This document shows, piece after piece, positions 49,339 to 60,725 of a stretch of 64,000 bases of DNA (positions are counted from its first letter, which is position 1; every line of letters begins with the position of its first letter). The DNA is from Rhizodiscina lignyota (taxonomy: Eukaryota). The DNA lies in the NCBI GenBank assembly GCA_010015805.1, contig ML978129.1, positions 186,001 to 250,000 of the forward strand, in the 5' to 3' direction. A model generated the notes under the pieces. It did no database searches. It saw only the letters and a program-made list of their open reading frames with translations, and was not told where the DNA came from. A program made the translations under genes and the position numbers.

Positions 49339-49705
49339 CACTACAAACCATTAATGCCACAATCTCTCAGTCATCTAAAGACATTTGATGAACCTCCACT
49401 CTTCAAGTACATAATTTCAAGTTTCAGTAACCTGCCGTCTCACTCTTCTTCATGGACACCCAGCACTGGCACTCCATACCGATAGCTACTTAACTTGAAA
49501 CCTTTTCCGTCTTAACTCGTACATGTACGTCAATTGACCGCGAACTTAAGGCGCGTTTGAGATCACTGAAATTGTTTCTACTTTAATTTCTCTGTATCTG
49601 TGAGTTTCACTCATTTCAGCAGTAAGTTTAACACACTGGCTCTAATCTACTCGCAAACGCTTCTAATGGCTGAGCTACCCTACAGAGCGCATACTTCCAT
49701 GGCCC

Positions 49706-50842
49706 ATGGAGTCCGCTGAACACTGCCGCGATGGCGCTTACTGCGGATGCCCAGAATGGTGGGGTCTTCCTGGAAAGGACAACAGGAAATCAATCTCCAG
49801 TGAAGCGCCTTGTGACAAGACTCCTGGTTCCTCTCCGTTGGCCAACACTAAATCCGTGAATGAAGGTGTTCGTGACCCTCGAACAGTGGTCGCCCTGGAG
49901 AGTTCAATCTGTTTCTTCTGGTATCACAACGGGAACTGTCGGAGAAGTCCTGGAAAAAGATGCATATTCCGGCATAGGATTTCAGAGGGTCTCCAAGTTC
50001 TTCCGCCTCCCGGATACATTCACTACCAACCGTGCCACTTGCCATTATGTCCATTACGTGTGCGTGATGGACTGATGCTTCCCTACGAAGACAATGAGCC
50101 AATAGTGGACAAACACGAGACTCCTGGAACATCACAAGATTCTGGCCCAGATGCTCCAGGAAGTTCCCCGCGTAACGGTGGCCTCAGACTTAAGCCATCA
50201 TTTCGCACACCGACTGGTGGTGTGGATGAGCTGCACACTCGAGAACGTACACCAAGTGACGAGACTTGCTTTTTCTGGTATCATTACGGCAAGTGCTACC
50301 GCAGACCTGGCCAGCGACAGTGTCCTTTTCGGCATGCACTTGATAATGGAGCGAAAGTGCACTTTGACTCGAGATGGCGTCACAAATTTATGAATCACCA
50401 ATGCGACCTTCCACTTTGCCCGGCGCGGCCAGATGCAGACGTGCGGCAACGTTCGCAGCAAGATACCTTCCGTCTTGGTCTTGGGGAAGACGTCTCGGCG
50501 AGAACACTCCGACGCCGTCGTTACTTGAAGCGCAGGCGAGAACGCAAAGCTGCACAAAAGACCACGAAAGGTCTACCGACCCGCCGGGACATCAAACCCC
50601 TGATTTCGTTGCATGGTCGTCGGGATGGATCCACATCTCCTGAGCGAGTAAAGACTCCGTCGACGCCCGAGTCAGGAGAATACTTCAGCGATGAGTTGCC
50701 GCCCGAAGAGGAAGACTGGTACCTCGAAGGTTTTCCAGAGAACGAAGACGGATCAGCCGGAAATAAAAATGAGCGTGTGATTAAACCCGGTGATGCCATT
50801 ACGTTGATGGTTCCGCACAAGACTGAAGGCGGTGAGGTGTGA
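49706..50842 (+). CDS. Protein with two CCCH-type zinc-finger modules
   Basis: CFFWYHNGNC-x7-CIFRH and CFFWYHYGKC-x8-CPFRH, each followed by H..CxLPLCP; may have a further 3' exon to 51231. Confidence 0.72.
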   Translation: MESAEHCRDGAYCGCPEWWGLPGKDNRKSISSEAPCDKTPGSSPLANTKSVNEGVRDPRTVVALESSICFFWYHNGNCRRSPGKRCIFRHRISEGLQVLPPPGYIHYQPCHLPLCPLRVRDGLMLPYEDNEPIVDKHETPGTSQDSGPDAPGSSPRNGGLRLKPSFRTPTGGVDELHTRERTPSDETCFFWYHYGKCYRRPGQRQCPFRHALDNGAKVHFDSRWRHKFMNHQCDLPLCPARPDADVRQRSQQDTFRLGLGEDVSARTLRRRRYLKRRRERKAAQKTTKGLPTRRDIKPLISLHGRRDGSTSPERVKTPSTPESGEYFSDELPPEEEDWYLEGFPENEDGSAGNKNERVIKPGDAITLMVPHKTEGGEV

Positions 50843-51564
50843 GTTTGGGATCGGCTCGGGAACTGACTCGCATTGCATGCAACCATGCCGCACATCTATA
50901 ACTTTATTTCTTCTTCCGGTCACTGTACTCGCCTCAAAAGTCACTGTCTTGCTCCTTGGTTATTTCATTTGTGAATTACTGGTTGTCGTGGGCTTTGCTT
51001 TTTTGTCGGTTGTAACACTGAACCTTTAAATTTCTTCTCTCTTCCATTTTGGAGTTTTCGCCACTTCTTACATAGTTCTCAAATTTTACACATCTTGCAA
51101 TTTTCCTCAGGTACCAATGTACAGTTACTTCTTCAAGGTCTCTTGGCAAGACTCTTTACTACCACGTTGCACAAATATCGGCGGAGGCTACGCCGCAGTG
51201 GAGACCAACGTACGCCCCGTGTGCGTTTTGAGGCAAAAAGCACCGAAGTCGCCGCAATGCTCATTCCGACGGCCCGTACTCTCATTCCCGAAGCCAAAAT
51301 CTGACATCCGTCTGCTGACTTAAGAGCCGTGAGATTTCCCATTTCAATATGAGTGTGATCGAAGCGCGGGCCATACAACAAATCGAGGATTTCGTCAGAT
51401 TGATTGGTCACGCCGTTGACGCTCGCGGATTGGTGCCATTGTTGCCTGCTCCTCTAATAACCTTCCAAGGCGTCTCAATCCATATATTCTCACTTTTCTC
51501 TTCGCTGCTGAACCATTCAATTCCATCGTTGTCATGCATCGATCTGTCACACTCTCTTCAGACT

Positions 51565-51732
51565 ATGTGCAACAGGATCAAAGCATACTACACCTGCGGA
51601 CACTTCACCAGCGAGGTCATTGCTTGTCCGCTTGTGCAATGCGGCCGAGCTTGCTCTGGAAAGCTCACAACGAAGATCATGGAGGGCACGCCCTGCGATG
51701 ACTGCCGGCCACTACGCCCCGTCAACCGATGA
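51565..51732 (+). CDS. 55-aa Cys-rich microprotein (MC..Y.CGH..C..C..CxxC type)
   Basis: MCNRIKAYYTCGHFTSEVIACPLVQCGRACSGKLTTKIMEGTPCDDCR; preceded by a CT-rich leader. Confidence 0.65.
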   Translation: MCNRIKAYYTCGHFTSEVIACPLVQCGRACSGKLTTKIMEGTPCDDCRPLRPVNR

Positions 51733-52070
51733 TGGACAGTTGAAAGGCCTCCCTCAGTGGTTCGACATCATGAAGCATATGCAGCTACATCATATCATAG
51801 ATCATTATGGGCTTAATATATTTCCAATGGTAAATGGGAACTTTCCATCCTGAGACCTTGATCCACTGAGGGCCAGTTCGACTTCTAAACTCCACGGGCC
51901 TTGAATGCCTCCCTACAACAACACCATGGAAATATCACGAAACAAAAGAAGATCGGTTGAATGAGAGTCTCGACGTTAGGTGTCCGTATTAAGGATTCCC
52001 GAAACCCAAAGACAAAGTCCGTTGTCGGGCCTTCGACTCAAACGGTAAACCCCTCTTTCGTCCAGCCAAA

Positions 52071-53689
52071 TTACTCGACAACCCTCTTAACCGATGCCAT
52101 GAACTCATTATCGCCAAGCAGTTGCTCCATATCCTCTTCTCTCAATCCAAGGGTAACCTCCCAGTCAGCATCAGGATCATTCTTCCTCGGCAAAACGATA
52201 GCGTATCCTTCGATCGCAGACCACGGCTTGCGAACCCATTCCGGAGCACCCGTAGCTGTTCCGACAATATTCCACTCCGCATCCGCACCGAACATCGCCC
52301 AATTGTTCATCTTGAACCCTGCACGGCATCGAGCAGTCTCCCCAGTGTGTCTGAGTTCTGTGACATCCGGAATCGAGGTGAATAGTTGGAGGCGTTGAGA
52401 CAGGTACGCGTGGTCGACTTGGTCGATGGCATTGCGCACGAACTGCGCTAGCTTGAAAAGTGTGTCCGGCGCGGAAGAGGCGACTTCGGCTACAGGTAGC
52501 TCTGCACATGGCTCGAGAATGGAGCAACCCGGGAAGGCCATACTGGGAACGAGGCCGCGCATCCTTAGATTCACTGGTATAAATATGGAACTCGGCTCCT
52601 CAGGATCAAGTCGCGGAACTCGGGCAAGGGTGAGGTGGTGCCAGACCAGCGCTGTGAGGCAGACAAACGAGGACAAGCTGTGAAGTGGGTTGTCCTTCCT
52701 GCCGGGGTCCTCCGAAGCAGCAGTATTTGCGCACCTATCGCGTACAGAATCGGATAGCTGGTTGATGATGGAGTCCTTGAGCTGGCGGATACTGGCGGCA
52801 GAAAATGTGAAGAGTCGTGAAGTGACAGAAGTGTTGTCTTTGATGGGTTCCTCATTCCCTCCTTCACAAGTAGTAAATTCAGGACATTGTTTGAGAACCC
52901 CACGCCAGTCGTAGGGTGGAGGAGGTGTCAGTGATGCCCAGATATGGTCTTGAGCTTCCTGGTCTGTGTGGTATCATCAGTGTTTGTCAAGGTGCTCAAC
53001 TCCTAATGATAAAGCATATGATCTACGCGAGAACGCTCTGAACAGCTTGGAGTAAATGTGAAGGCCTTACCATGAGCATATGCATATTCTGTATCTTCAA
53101 AGCGCTTTCCTTCTCCAATGTTCTTGCAATTGCTGGCCAACGTCTGAGTGAATTTCGCTCTCTCCTCGCCTGAAAATATGCCATGATGGCAGATTGTCGC
53201 AACAATCATACCACCATCGAAGAAGTATATTTGCATGCCGAAAATGGGCGAAAAGGCTTCACCGCTTGAAGACATCGCAGGAAGATTTCGGAGGAAGATG
53301 TTCTTGGGGAAGCAGCGCGCAGGCATACCCTGATCCTTCAGCTGGTCGTACGTATATGGGAATTCAGTCTCGCTTAAGCTGGTGGTATGAATCATGTCAG
53401 CTACGTCGAGATTCTCTGGTAGATTTTGCGGGCATCGAAGGCAGAGTAGGCCTCGTTGTGAAAGAGAGCCGTTATAGACCACACTCATATCTGCCTCTGA
53501 TTGAATGCATGCCCAGCCACAGAGGAAAGGAAACTGGTTAAGAGTCTCCTGCAGACTCGCTCTGAGCTGGGTTATAGCTTCCAACCTCAATGTTGGATCT
53601 GGGAACGGAAACGTGTACAAGGTTTGGGACCAAGCTCGAAACATCGTTTGGTGGACTGGACCTAGAAAGATTCTTTTGGAATGATCCAT
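52071..53689 (-). CDS. BAHD/Tri101-like acyltransferase-fold protein, 1 intron
   Basis: LQETLNQFPFLCG, QIYFFDGGMIV..CHHGIFSG, FTFSAASIRQLK, LSSFVCLTALVW, VNLR, PEWVRKP, AIVLPR; the two ORF halves join in frame via GTAAGG..CAG. Confidence 0.82.
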
Positions 53690-54226
53690 GGTAGCTAGAT
53701 TCCAATTTGACCTGGTTGCTGCAATCAAAACGCAGGCAGCGTATAGTCTTTGAAGGCAAATTCGAGAAAATGGTGTGCTTGAAACTGAGGGAAGAAGTTG
53801 TAGGATAGAAAGTGAAAAGCTGAAAACTTACCGCTCGAGAATGGCAGATTTATACAGCAGAGAACGAAGAGAGATTGCTGAGTTACATGGCCTAGTAACA
53901 CAATCAGTGGTGAAGGACTTGCGTGTACTTCCGAGGTCATATGAGCTCCTGTACACGTAAATCCACTATGCAGGTGCTGCAGAAGTATGGCGTCAAGGCA
54001 GATGAGCAGTAGACGCCGGTGCCACGTTATGTCTCTGCAAAGCGGCTACGGTCACATCTGGAGAAGCTGGCCATCTCGCAACAATCGTCACAAACATGGT
54101 TACTTCATAGTCTTCCTAGGTGGTATAATCACTAGAGTGCGTCAAGACAGAACGTGCTAATACGCCAAACGTGATATTGACGAAGATTTCGGAGTAGAGA
54201 GGTCATTAACATTACAACCGTTCTTT

Positions 54227-55597
54227 CTACCGTTTCGATTCGAGATTCGCGAGGACTTTCTTCAAGAGGTCTCTGACCTCATCCTCCTTCTGACGTTCTT
54301 CGGCTTCCTTCACAAAGCGGTAGCCTTCGAACAAAAGTTCCACAGCGATAAGCACAATGATGTACCACTCCAAGGTCCAACCATGCTTCTCGCTAAGTCG
54401 TTCTCGTAGTACAGTCGCTATGTCTGTGGCATAGTCCATCCTCTCGTTGAGCGTTTTGATTCTAATGCTGACATCAAGCGCGCGGCCGACCTTCTCAAAA
54501 TAGTCTTCCAGGCCCAGCTCGGATTTGCTGTCCCATAGAAGATCTGGCAGAGAGTCCGTGAGCTCGGAGTACAGATTCAGATGCGCCCGGATGTTGAGAA
54601 GTTCTCCGGTCTTGCTGAGAATGAAGCGTCGATTAAAAGGGAGATCCGAGCCCTTGGCTAAATCTGTGGGAATCGACTTTGTAGACTGGAAGTAACTTTC
54701 GAAAAGATTTTCAAGGACACCCAGCTTAGCGGATCTAGACAACCCGGAAGAGAATGCAATCTTTGCAAGAGCGATATTCGCTTCAGGATTTTCATCATCG
54801 CCGTTTTCTCCATCTATCAGCCTTGCAGGAACGTCTTCCACTTTAGTTCCGAGCAGAATAGTGTCGCCGATAATGGTGCTAGTTGTGCTCTCAGGTCGCT
54901 CTATATATTCTAGATCTTCGGTCTCGACTTCATGAGGGTTGCTAGCGGCAGGCTTGAGAACCTTTTCCACAAGTCGAAGAGACAGCCGCTCTGGAACATT
55001 CCAAGCGACGAGTGTCCCAGAGGGAAAGACGAAAATATCTCCATGGCCCTCGAACCTGTCCGGGGACGTCGGCGCTGTGTCTTCGGGGAAGAGAGGTGTT
55101 TGCACATGCACGACTTGGGGAAACAAGTGTGTCTCGTATGGGTCGAGCTTGTAGCCTTCCGCTTCGAGGATGCGCGCGACGGTCGAAATACTGTATTGCT
55201 CGGCCGCGCAGAAAGCGGTAATTATCTGCATTCGAACAAATTAGTACAACATAACATGAACCGCCGTGGTACCCGTTACCTTTGTGCCTACCTCAGGGTC
55301 AATAAACCTCCTCTTGCCGGACCCCATAACAACGCCAGCTCTTGAACGCTCGGCTTCCACCGCAACCTGCCGAAGGGACGACTTTCGTGGCTGCTTCTGC
55401 TTCGCTGGCGTCTGTGCAGGAACGGTGGGAGCTGACGGCTGCGCATCTTGTCTTTTCAGCAAAGTTCGAGAGCCATGAAAGCTTCGACAAGAGGTTAGGG
55501 GTATGCGCCGAGAGTGGAAAGATCCATATCGAATTTGCTTCGGGAGGGCCGAAGTGCTCGGAATGCTTCTTATGACATGGTTGAGATAAACCCTCAT
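54227..55597 (-). CDS. DUF155 (RMND1/Sif2/Mrx10-like) mitochondrial protein, 1 intron
   Basis: TAFCAAEQY, FVFPSGTLVAWN, AFSSGLSRSAKL, LNLYSELTDSLPD, LEWYIIVLIAVE. Confidence 0.9.
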
Positions 55598-56165
55598 CAG
55601 CCAATGAGATTAGTGACAGCAGAACAACAAGCTGTCATTGCAATTAGCTTGGGAATGTGGGACTGCGACGATTGCAGAGATGTACAACTTTTCCTCCTCG
55701 GCATTTCCCGATCATCCAAAGTCCCGCTAATGACTCAGCGGGGAAGCACCTAGCAACCAGTTCGGGGGTGGTCCGCGGGGGTACATGTTCACCTACCAAT
55801 CAGGTGCATGGGTCACCCGCCTATGGGTACCTCTTGAGCTCAAGGGTGTCAAAAACCAGCTGCAGCTTTCAAGTTATTACACAGCTAAGTTCCATAGCTT
55901 CTGGAACTTATGTATATTGAGGTTTCAAGAATTCTGTTATACACACTCCAGAGCATGTAGAACCAAGTTTTCAGAACTAGTCTCGCTTACTTTGAGAAGG
56001 TGCTCGCCTTTACGCAGTCCGGCTCTCTCGAGGGCCAACTATTCCATCACCTTCGCACGAGGTTGCAAACACGGCGCTTATATGTGCGCCAAACAGCGGC
56101 ACAAGTTATAGATGTAGAAGTTCAAGATTCAAATGGTATAACGCGAACAATGGTAGTCCAGTTGC

Positions 56166-59100
56166 CTATATGGTTTGCTTGTTGACCTCAAGCTTGCGAA
56201 TCATGTCTCCTCCAAGCCGCCCCACGATATCGTGCAATATCGCTTTTTTGTTGATTCGCACCGTTTCGGAACCCTCGCTCTGCTCCGCGTCTATAGCAGC
56301 ATGATTGCGCGAGACACCGTTAACAGCAGATGCAGGAGGCATGCTCGACATCCCCAGAGCAATCTTCCACTTCCTCACCTCCATTGACGGATTCCACAGG
56401 CCGGCGATTACGTCTTCTTTCGCTTGATCGTAGAAGAATAAAACCAACTCGCCATACTGGTCACGTAGTTCTTCCAGAAGTAGCGACACTGGATCAAAAC
56501 CTAACTTCTCGAGCTCACCATGGCTGAAGCCCTGCATCTCAAGATTCTTGAATTGAGACTTGCCATTCGCATCAGATCTCTTCGAACGCTTCTTAGCGAC
56601 TTTCGGGTCAAGTCTTAAGATGAAGTCGAACTCCATAAGCTCAGGCTCGAACAGGAGATTCGGCTCGATCTCAAAACCTTTTTCCACAATGAGCTTACTC
56701 GCTGCACGAGCTAATGCTGTCATTCTTCCGGCCACGACCTTCGCAGGTCTTGCGTGATCCGTCCAAGTTGTGCCCTCGCCATCCACACTAGATGCCGCGA
56801 ATAGCACCACCCGATTCAGGGCAGGGTCAATTTTCCGCCACGCCTCGAACCGCGTGCGGATTGCAACAATATCAGAGGCTTTCATGCCCATCGAGATACC
56901 GCCATCAGCAACAGCTGCTGAAGATTCTATTCCAACGCTAAAGTTGACAATTAAAGGCTCGGTCTTCCAGTCCCAGTTCGCGATCCAGTGCAATGTCCGC
57001 GCGAAGGCAGTGCTAGCGCTACTAGGCACACCCCATGGCCATGGATCTGTGAACGTACGCACCACAAGCAGCTCGACAAGCTCATGGCTGATATAATTGT
57101 CATCGAGCAGCATGTGAGACGCAAACCACGCTTTCGCGAGCCTAATTGCAGGCGAAAGAGAAGGATGTCGGGTACACAGTGTCTGCAGTGCTTGAGTATG
57201 CGCTGGTCGTCTAAGAAAATTCCGCTTGTAAATTGCAAGGGCATTCGCGTTGCTTTCTTTATCCAATGGAGAAATGCCTGGCAATTTGAGTTCGCGCTCT
57301 AACAGTGTGGCTTCGCGGTCATTGTAGATGCGAATTCGGAAAGTGAAGCCCGTAGATGTGTACGTGACATCAAGAAACGCTAGGTTGGAGATTGGCTGGG
57401 ACTCCTTCTCCAATCCAACGCGAGCGATGACATTGGGATAGGCCGATGTAAGCAAGTCTCCAAGTTTCAGGAGGAAGGCGATTTTCGTACGCTGAATCGC
57501 CCCAAGATCGTCTGGCCATCTGCCTGAACCTTCAAATTGCAGTACGACATCAGCTGGGGCAGTGAGAATTTGGGTGCTGATTCCGGGGATATCGAGAGAG
57601 GCGTATCGCAAGAGAGGATCTGCGGGAAAGATGTGTCGCACTTGAAGAGGAAGACCTTCTAACTCCCTAATGTTGCTTTCCAGAGTGCTGAAGCTTGTAA
57701 GTAGTGACCGAAATTTTTGTGCTTTCGACGCTAGTGCTTCCGAAGGCTTCAAGATCTTCTGAGAGAGCGGGTCGATCTTGAAGATTACGTTTTCACCAAT
57801 GCTTTTCCCGAAATGCCTCGCCAGAAGATAGGAGATGATTTGCTCAAAAATGGGGCGTTCCGTGTTCGCGGTATCCCATCTGACGCTCTCGATAATTCTG
57901 TTGTCACTGAATTTTCGAAGTTCTGCTTTCTCGCCCCAGAACTGTCGAAAGGCCTTCGCATCTTTCTTGTTTTCTTGTGATGGCCCGTAGTCCATTTCTC
58001 TGGCAGCTTCCGCGGGGTCTACTATGAAACCAACTACAATCATCCCATCACTCTCTGCAGATGATGATCCTAGAGCCCACGATGTCGCTCTTGGTGTGTC
58101 AATGTTTATGACCCGTACACGGTCGGTCAACCCTTTGAGAAGCATGTCATACAACTTATTACAAGCTTCAGACGCATGCATGTCGCCGATAGAGCCTAGA
58201 CCTTGGAGATTCGAGAAATTCAACCTGCAAGTAGCATCGTAGCGATGCATCGTTTCATTGGCCTTAGTCATGAATGCTGCATCGAATTGGTCAAACAGCG
58301 TGTCGGCCAGCATTGCAGTGGCCATCTGAGCTTCGTGTCGAAGCAACCTGTACGACCAGACCGTCATCTTGTAAAGCAAGTTGTGACCACGAGAAGCATC
58401 GAAGAAGAAGGGCATGCGATTGTCCTGCGGGAGTGCAATATCGCTCGTCTCCGAGAAGAAAGGTGTCTTGATAAGATCTTTGGATGCTATAAATTGGAGC
58501 ATGCCTTTGAATAATTGATAGCTGCTGTATCCAGGAGACAGAAAACCAGATCCGGTGCGGCCACCTTGAAGCAATGTAGCCATCATTGCCTCCCATTCAA
58601 AGTTGCCAAAGCCGCCGGCCTGAATGTGCGATCCGAAGCCATGTTGTCGCAACCACGTTCGGCCAAGCACACAGGCGTCTCGGAATGATTCAGAGAGCGT
58701 CGCAGCGTCATGCGCCAACTTCAAATACGAGGTTACGAGACTATCTTGTCTCAATGATGCATTGTAGAATGGAGTTGGAGTGCTTTCCTGCTGTTCATGC
58801 CCTTCAGAAGCCGACTTGGGGCGGATACAGCCTTTGGATGGCAGTATTCGCTCTAGCGGAAATACGCCATCCGCAATGGTGGGTATGATTTGAATCCTAA
58901 ATGAAGAGTACGGCGAGTCAATTTCATCTCCCAGAGGAGCAACACTCAAGACCGGGAGCAGGTAGTTGCCATGGAGCAGTTCGAAAGAGAGCATGTATTT
59001 CTCTTTGCTATCCTTTATACCTGCTGCGATGCAAGCGATGTAATAGGCTCGGCGGTAGAAGTATCGATAATCCAGAAAATCTTTCTCCTGAAACATCGAC

Positions 59101-59777
59101 GCTGGCATCGTCACAGCCAGGTCAACGATTATGCCCTCCTTAGCCCTTATCGTCTGCTTCAGAGCATAGCTGCCAATAGCATTGATTCGTGTCGGCTTCT
59201 CGTATTGCAATTTGTAGTTCGAGTCTCGCGAAGGTCGAGGTGAAGGGAACGGTACAACAACCTTGTTCTTCTTCATCAAAACTCTCTCCGCTTCAGCAAT
59301 AGGCAAAGGCTCTCGGTTTGGTATACGCTCGATTATCGACTTCAGAGTCCGCAGTGTAGTGTCAATCGAATCCTGGAACTGGGTCGGCTTTGGCCTTGCC
59401 CGCTCTAGGAGGCCATGCAACTGTATGTTGAACGTATTCGAATGATACAGGTTGCCAGAGTATGCTACTACGTCTCGAGTTTGGCGATGTCTGTTGACCG
59501 GTCCAGCACTCGGTAATCGCTTAGCGGCACTGCGAGAAGGAACTTCCTCATTTGTGCTACGTCTCGCTTCTCTGCCCTTCTTGTAGGATAATTTCTCATC
59601 CGCACCATTGTGTGAGGTCTCATGTTTGGCTTCGCTGTGCGCACTCATTTCGTCCGCGTCGTTCTCGTCTGGTGAGACATTATCGCTCGCATTGGAATTG
59701 AAGAAGGTATGATCGTTGGCAGCTCCCAAAGGAGCCTCCAGAGGAGGACTGACTCTCCTCCGCTTTGTGGCTCGCAT
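56166..59777 (-). CDS. UTP22: U3 snoRNA-associated protein 22 (Nrap/NOL6)
   Basis: IGSYAL, FQEKDFLDYRYFYRRAYY, FRQFWGEKAELRKFSD, FEGSGRWPDDLGAIQRTKIAFL; likely start MRATKRRR. Confidence 0.95.
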   Translation of the reverse strand: MRATKRRRVSPPLEAPLGAANDHTFFNSNASDNVSPDENDADEMSAHSEAKHETSHNGADEKLSYKKGREARRSTNEEVPSRSAAKRLPSAGPVNRHRQTRDVVAYSGNLYHSNTFNIQLHGLLERARPKPTQFQDSIDTTLRTLKSIIERIPNREPLPIAEAERVLMKKNKVVVPFPSPRPSRDSNYKLQYEKPTRINAIGSYALKQTIRAKEGIIVDLAVTMPASMFQEKDFLDYRYFYRRAYYIACIAAGIKDSKEKYMLSFELLHGNYLLPVLSVAPLGDEIDSPYSSFRIQIIPTIADGVFPLERILPSKGCIRPKSASEGHEQQESTPTPFYNASLRQDSLVTSYLKLAHDAATLSESFRDACVLGRTWLRQHGFGSHIQAGGFGNFEWEAMMATLLQGGRTGSGFLSPGYSSYQLFKGMLQFIASKDLIKTPFFSETSDIALPQDNRMPFFFDASRGHNLLYKMTVWSYRLLRHEAQMATAMLADTLFDQFDAAFMTKANETMHRYDATCRLNFSNLQGLGSIGDMHASEACNKLYDMLLKGLTDRVRVINIDTPRATSWALGSSSAESDGMIVVGFIVDPAEAAREMDYGPSQENKKDAKAFRQFWGEKAELRKFSDNRIIESVRWDTANTERPIFEQIISYLLARHFGKSIGENVIFKIDPLSQKILKPSEALASKAQKFRSLLTSFSTLESNIRELEGLPLQVRHIFPADPLLRYASLDIPGISTQILTAPADVVLQFEGSGRWPDDLGAIQRTKIAFLLKLGDLLTSAYPNVIARVGLEKESQPISNLAFLDVTYTSTGFTFRIRIYNDREATLLERELKLPGISPLDKESNANALAIYKRNFLRRPAHTQALQTLCTRHPSLSPAIRLAKAWFASHMLLDDNYISHELVELLVVRTFTDPWPWGVPSSASTAFARTLHWIANWDWKTEPLIVNFSVGIESSAAVADGGISMGMKASDIVAIRTRFEAWRKIDPALNRVVLFAASSVDGEGTTWTDHARPAKVVAGRMTALARAASKLIVEKGFEIEPNLLFEPELMEFDFILRLDPKVAKKRSKRSDANGKSQFKNLEMQGFSHGELEKLGFDPVSLLLEELRDQYGELVLFFYDQAKEDVIAGLWNPSMEVRKWKIALGMSSMPPASAVNGVSRNHAAIDAEQSEGSETVRINKKAILHDIVGRLGGDMIRKLEVNKQTI

Positions 59778-60725
59778 TGGCGTTGTTGTCTGAACATGAA
59801 GTGGTGTGCTCTGTATGCTGCGAGCTGCGGTCAATGAATTTTTTTTTACAGGGGTGCCCTCCTTCTGCTTATCGATAAAGAAATATCTTGGCAGCGACGA
59901 GATCGAGATGCTTAACCCAACCACCTTCTCTTCTTTTGCAGTGTGCATCTTTACACTCAACCTAAAACGTAGCGACTTATAGTAGGATGTTCTTACTAGG
60001 TGGAAGCTAGCCTAGCAGCCTATCACCTCCTCGAAACTAGATGTCCCTGGACTGAGGGCAACGACTCGCACATAGCAGTATTGTAACGGGCCGAGAGAAT
60101 TCGCCGATCTTGCGCATTTGGAGCGCACTAAGGGCAAAAATGCTACTCTCATTTCTTCGACCTTCCGCTTTCCGTCTAAATCCCATCCTCTCGGTACTCT
60201 GGTAACTAATCGGATCGTTCACCTCAAACCTGTCGTTGTTCGGTCGCGTGACTTCCTCATGTTGAGCATCACAATGCGGGGAATGGAGAGCATCTCAATC
60301 ACTGTCCGTCATTGTGCAGTTCAACCCTTGTTTGACCGTTTGAAAAGTTCTCCGCTCGCGCACACTGCACCTCGATTCTCTTTCCAGGCCAAGGCTGGAC
60401 GTTTCATTGGGCTCTTGTACATTAATAGTGACTTTTAATCCGAAAGTTATTGGATGCCGCCATATTACGCTTCAAGAATTTTATCATTAGGCTCGGATTT
60501 TCCGCCAGAAAAGGTATCCTTTTCCGCTTCCATCGAGCCTGCCGTTGTCCCTTGTTAAACTTCGCAGTAGCCTCCGAAGTGGAGACTTGACTCGTGACTT
60601 TCAATTTCACAAAAGAGAAAATCTTCCTAGCGACTCAAGTCTCACCTTGGTTCAGATACTAGACTTCCTCAAGCGTGACGACTTTGTCGAAGCTTTGATA
60701 TGCTTAATCTTTAGCAATATTAAAT

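Noticed and set aside
52900..53070. Apparent break in the acyltransferase suggesting a pseudogene
   Set aside because: A canonical intron joins the two halves in frame
11639..55597. Several mitochondrial-function genes (NFU1, ATP9, COX20, RRG9, DUF155) as a possible cluster
   Set aside because: Interspersed with unrelated housekeeping genes; no shared motif seen
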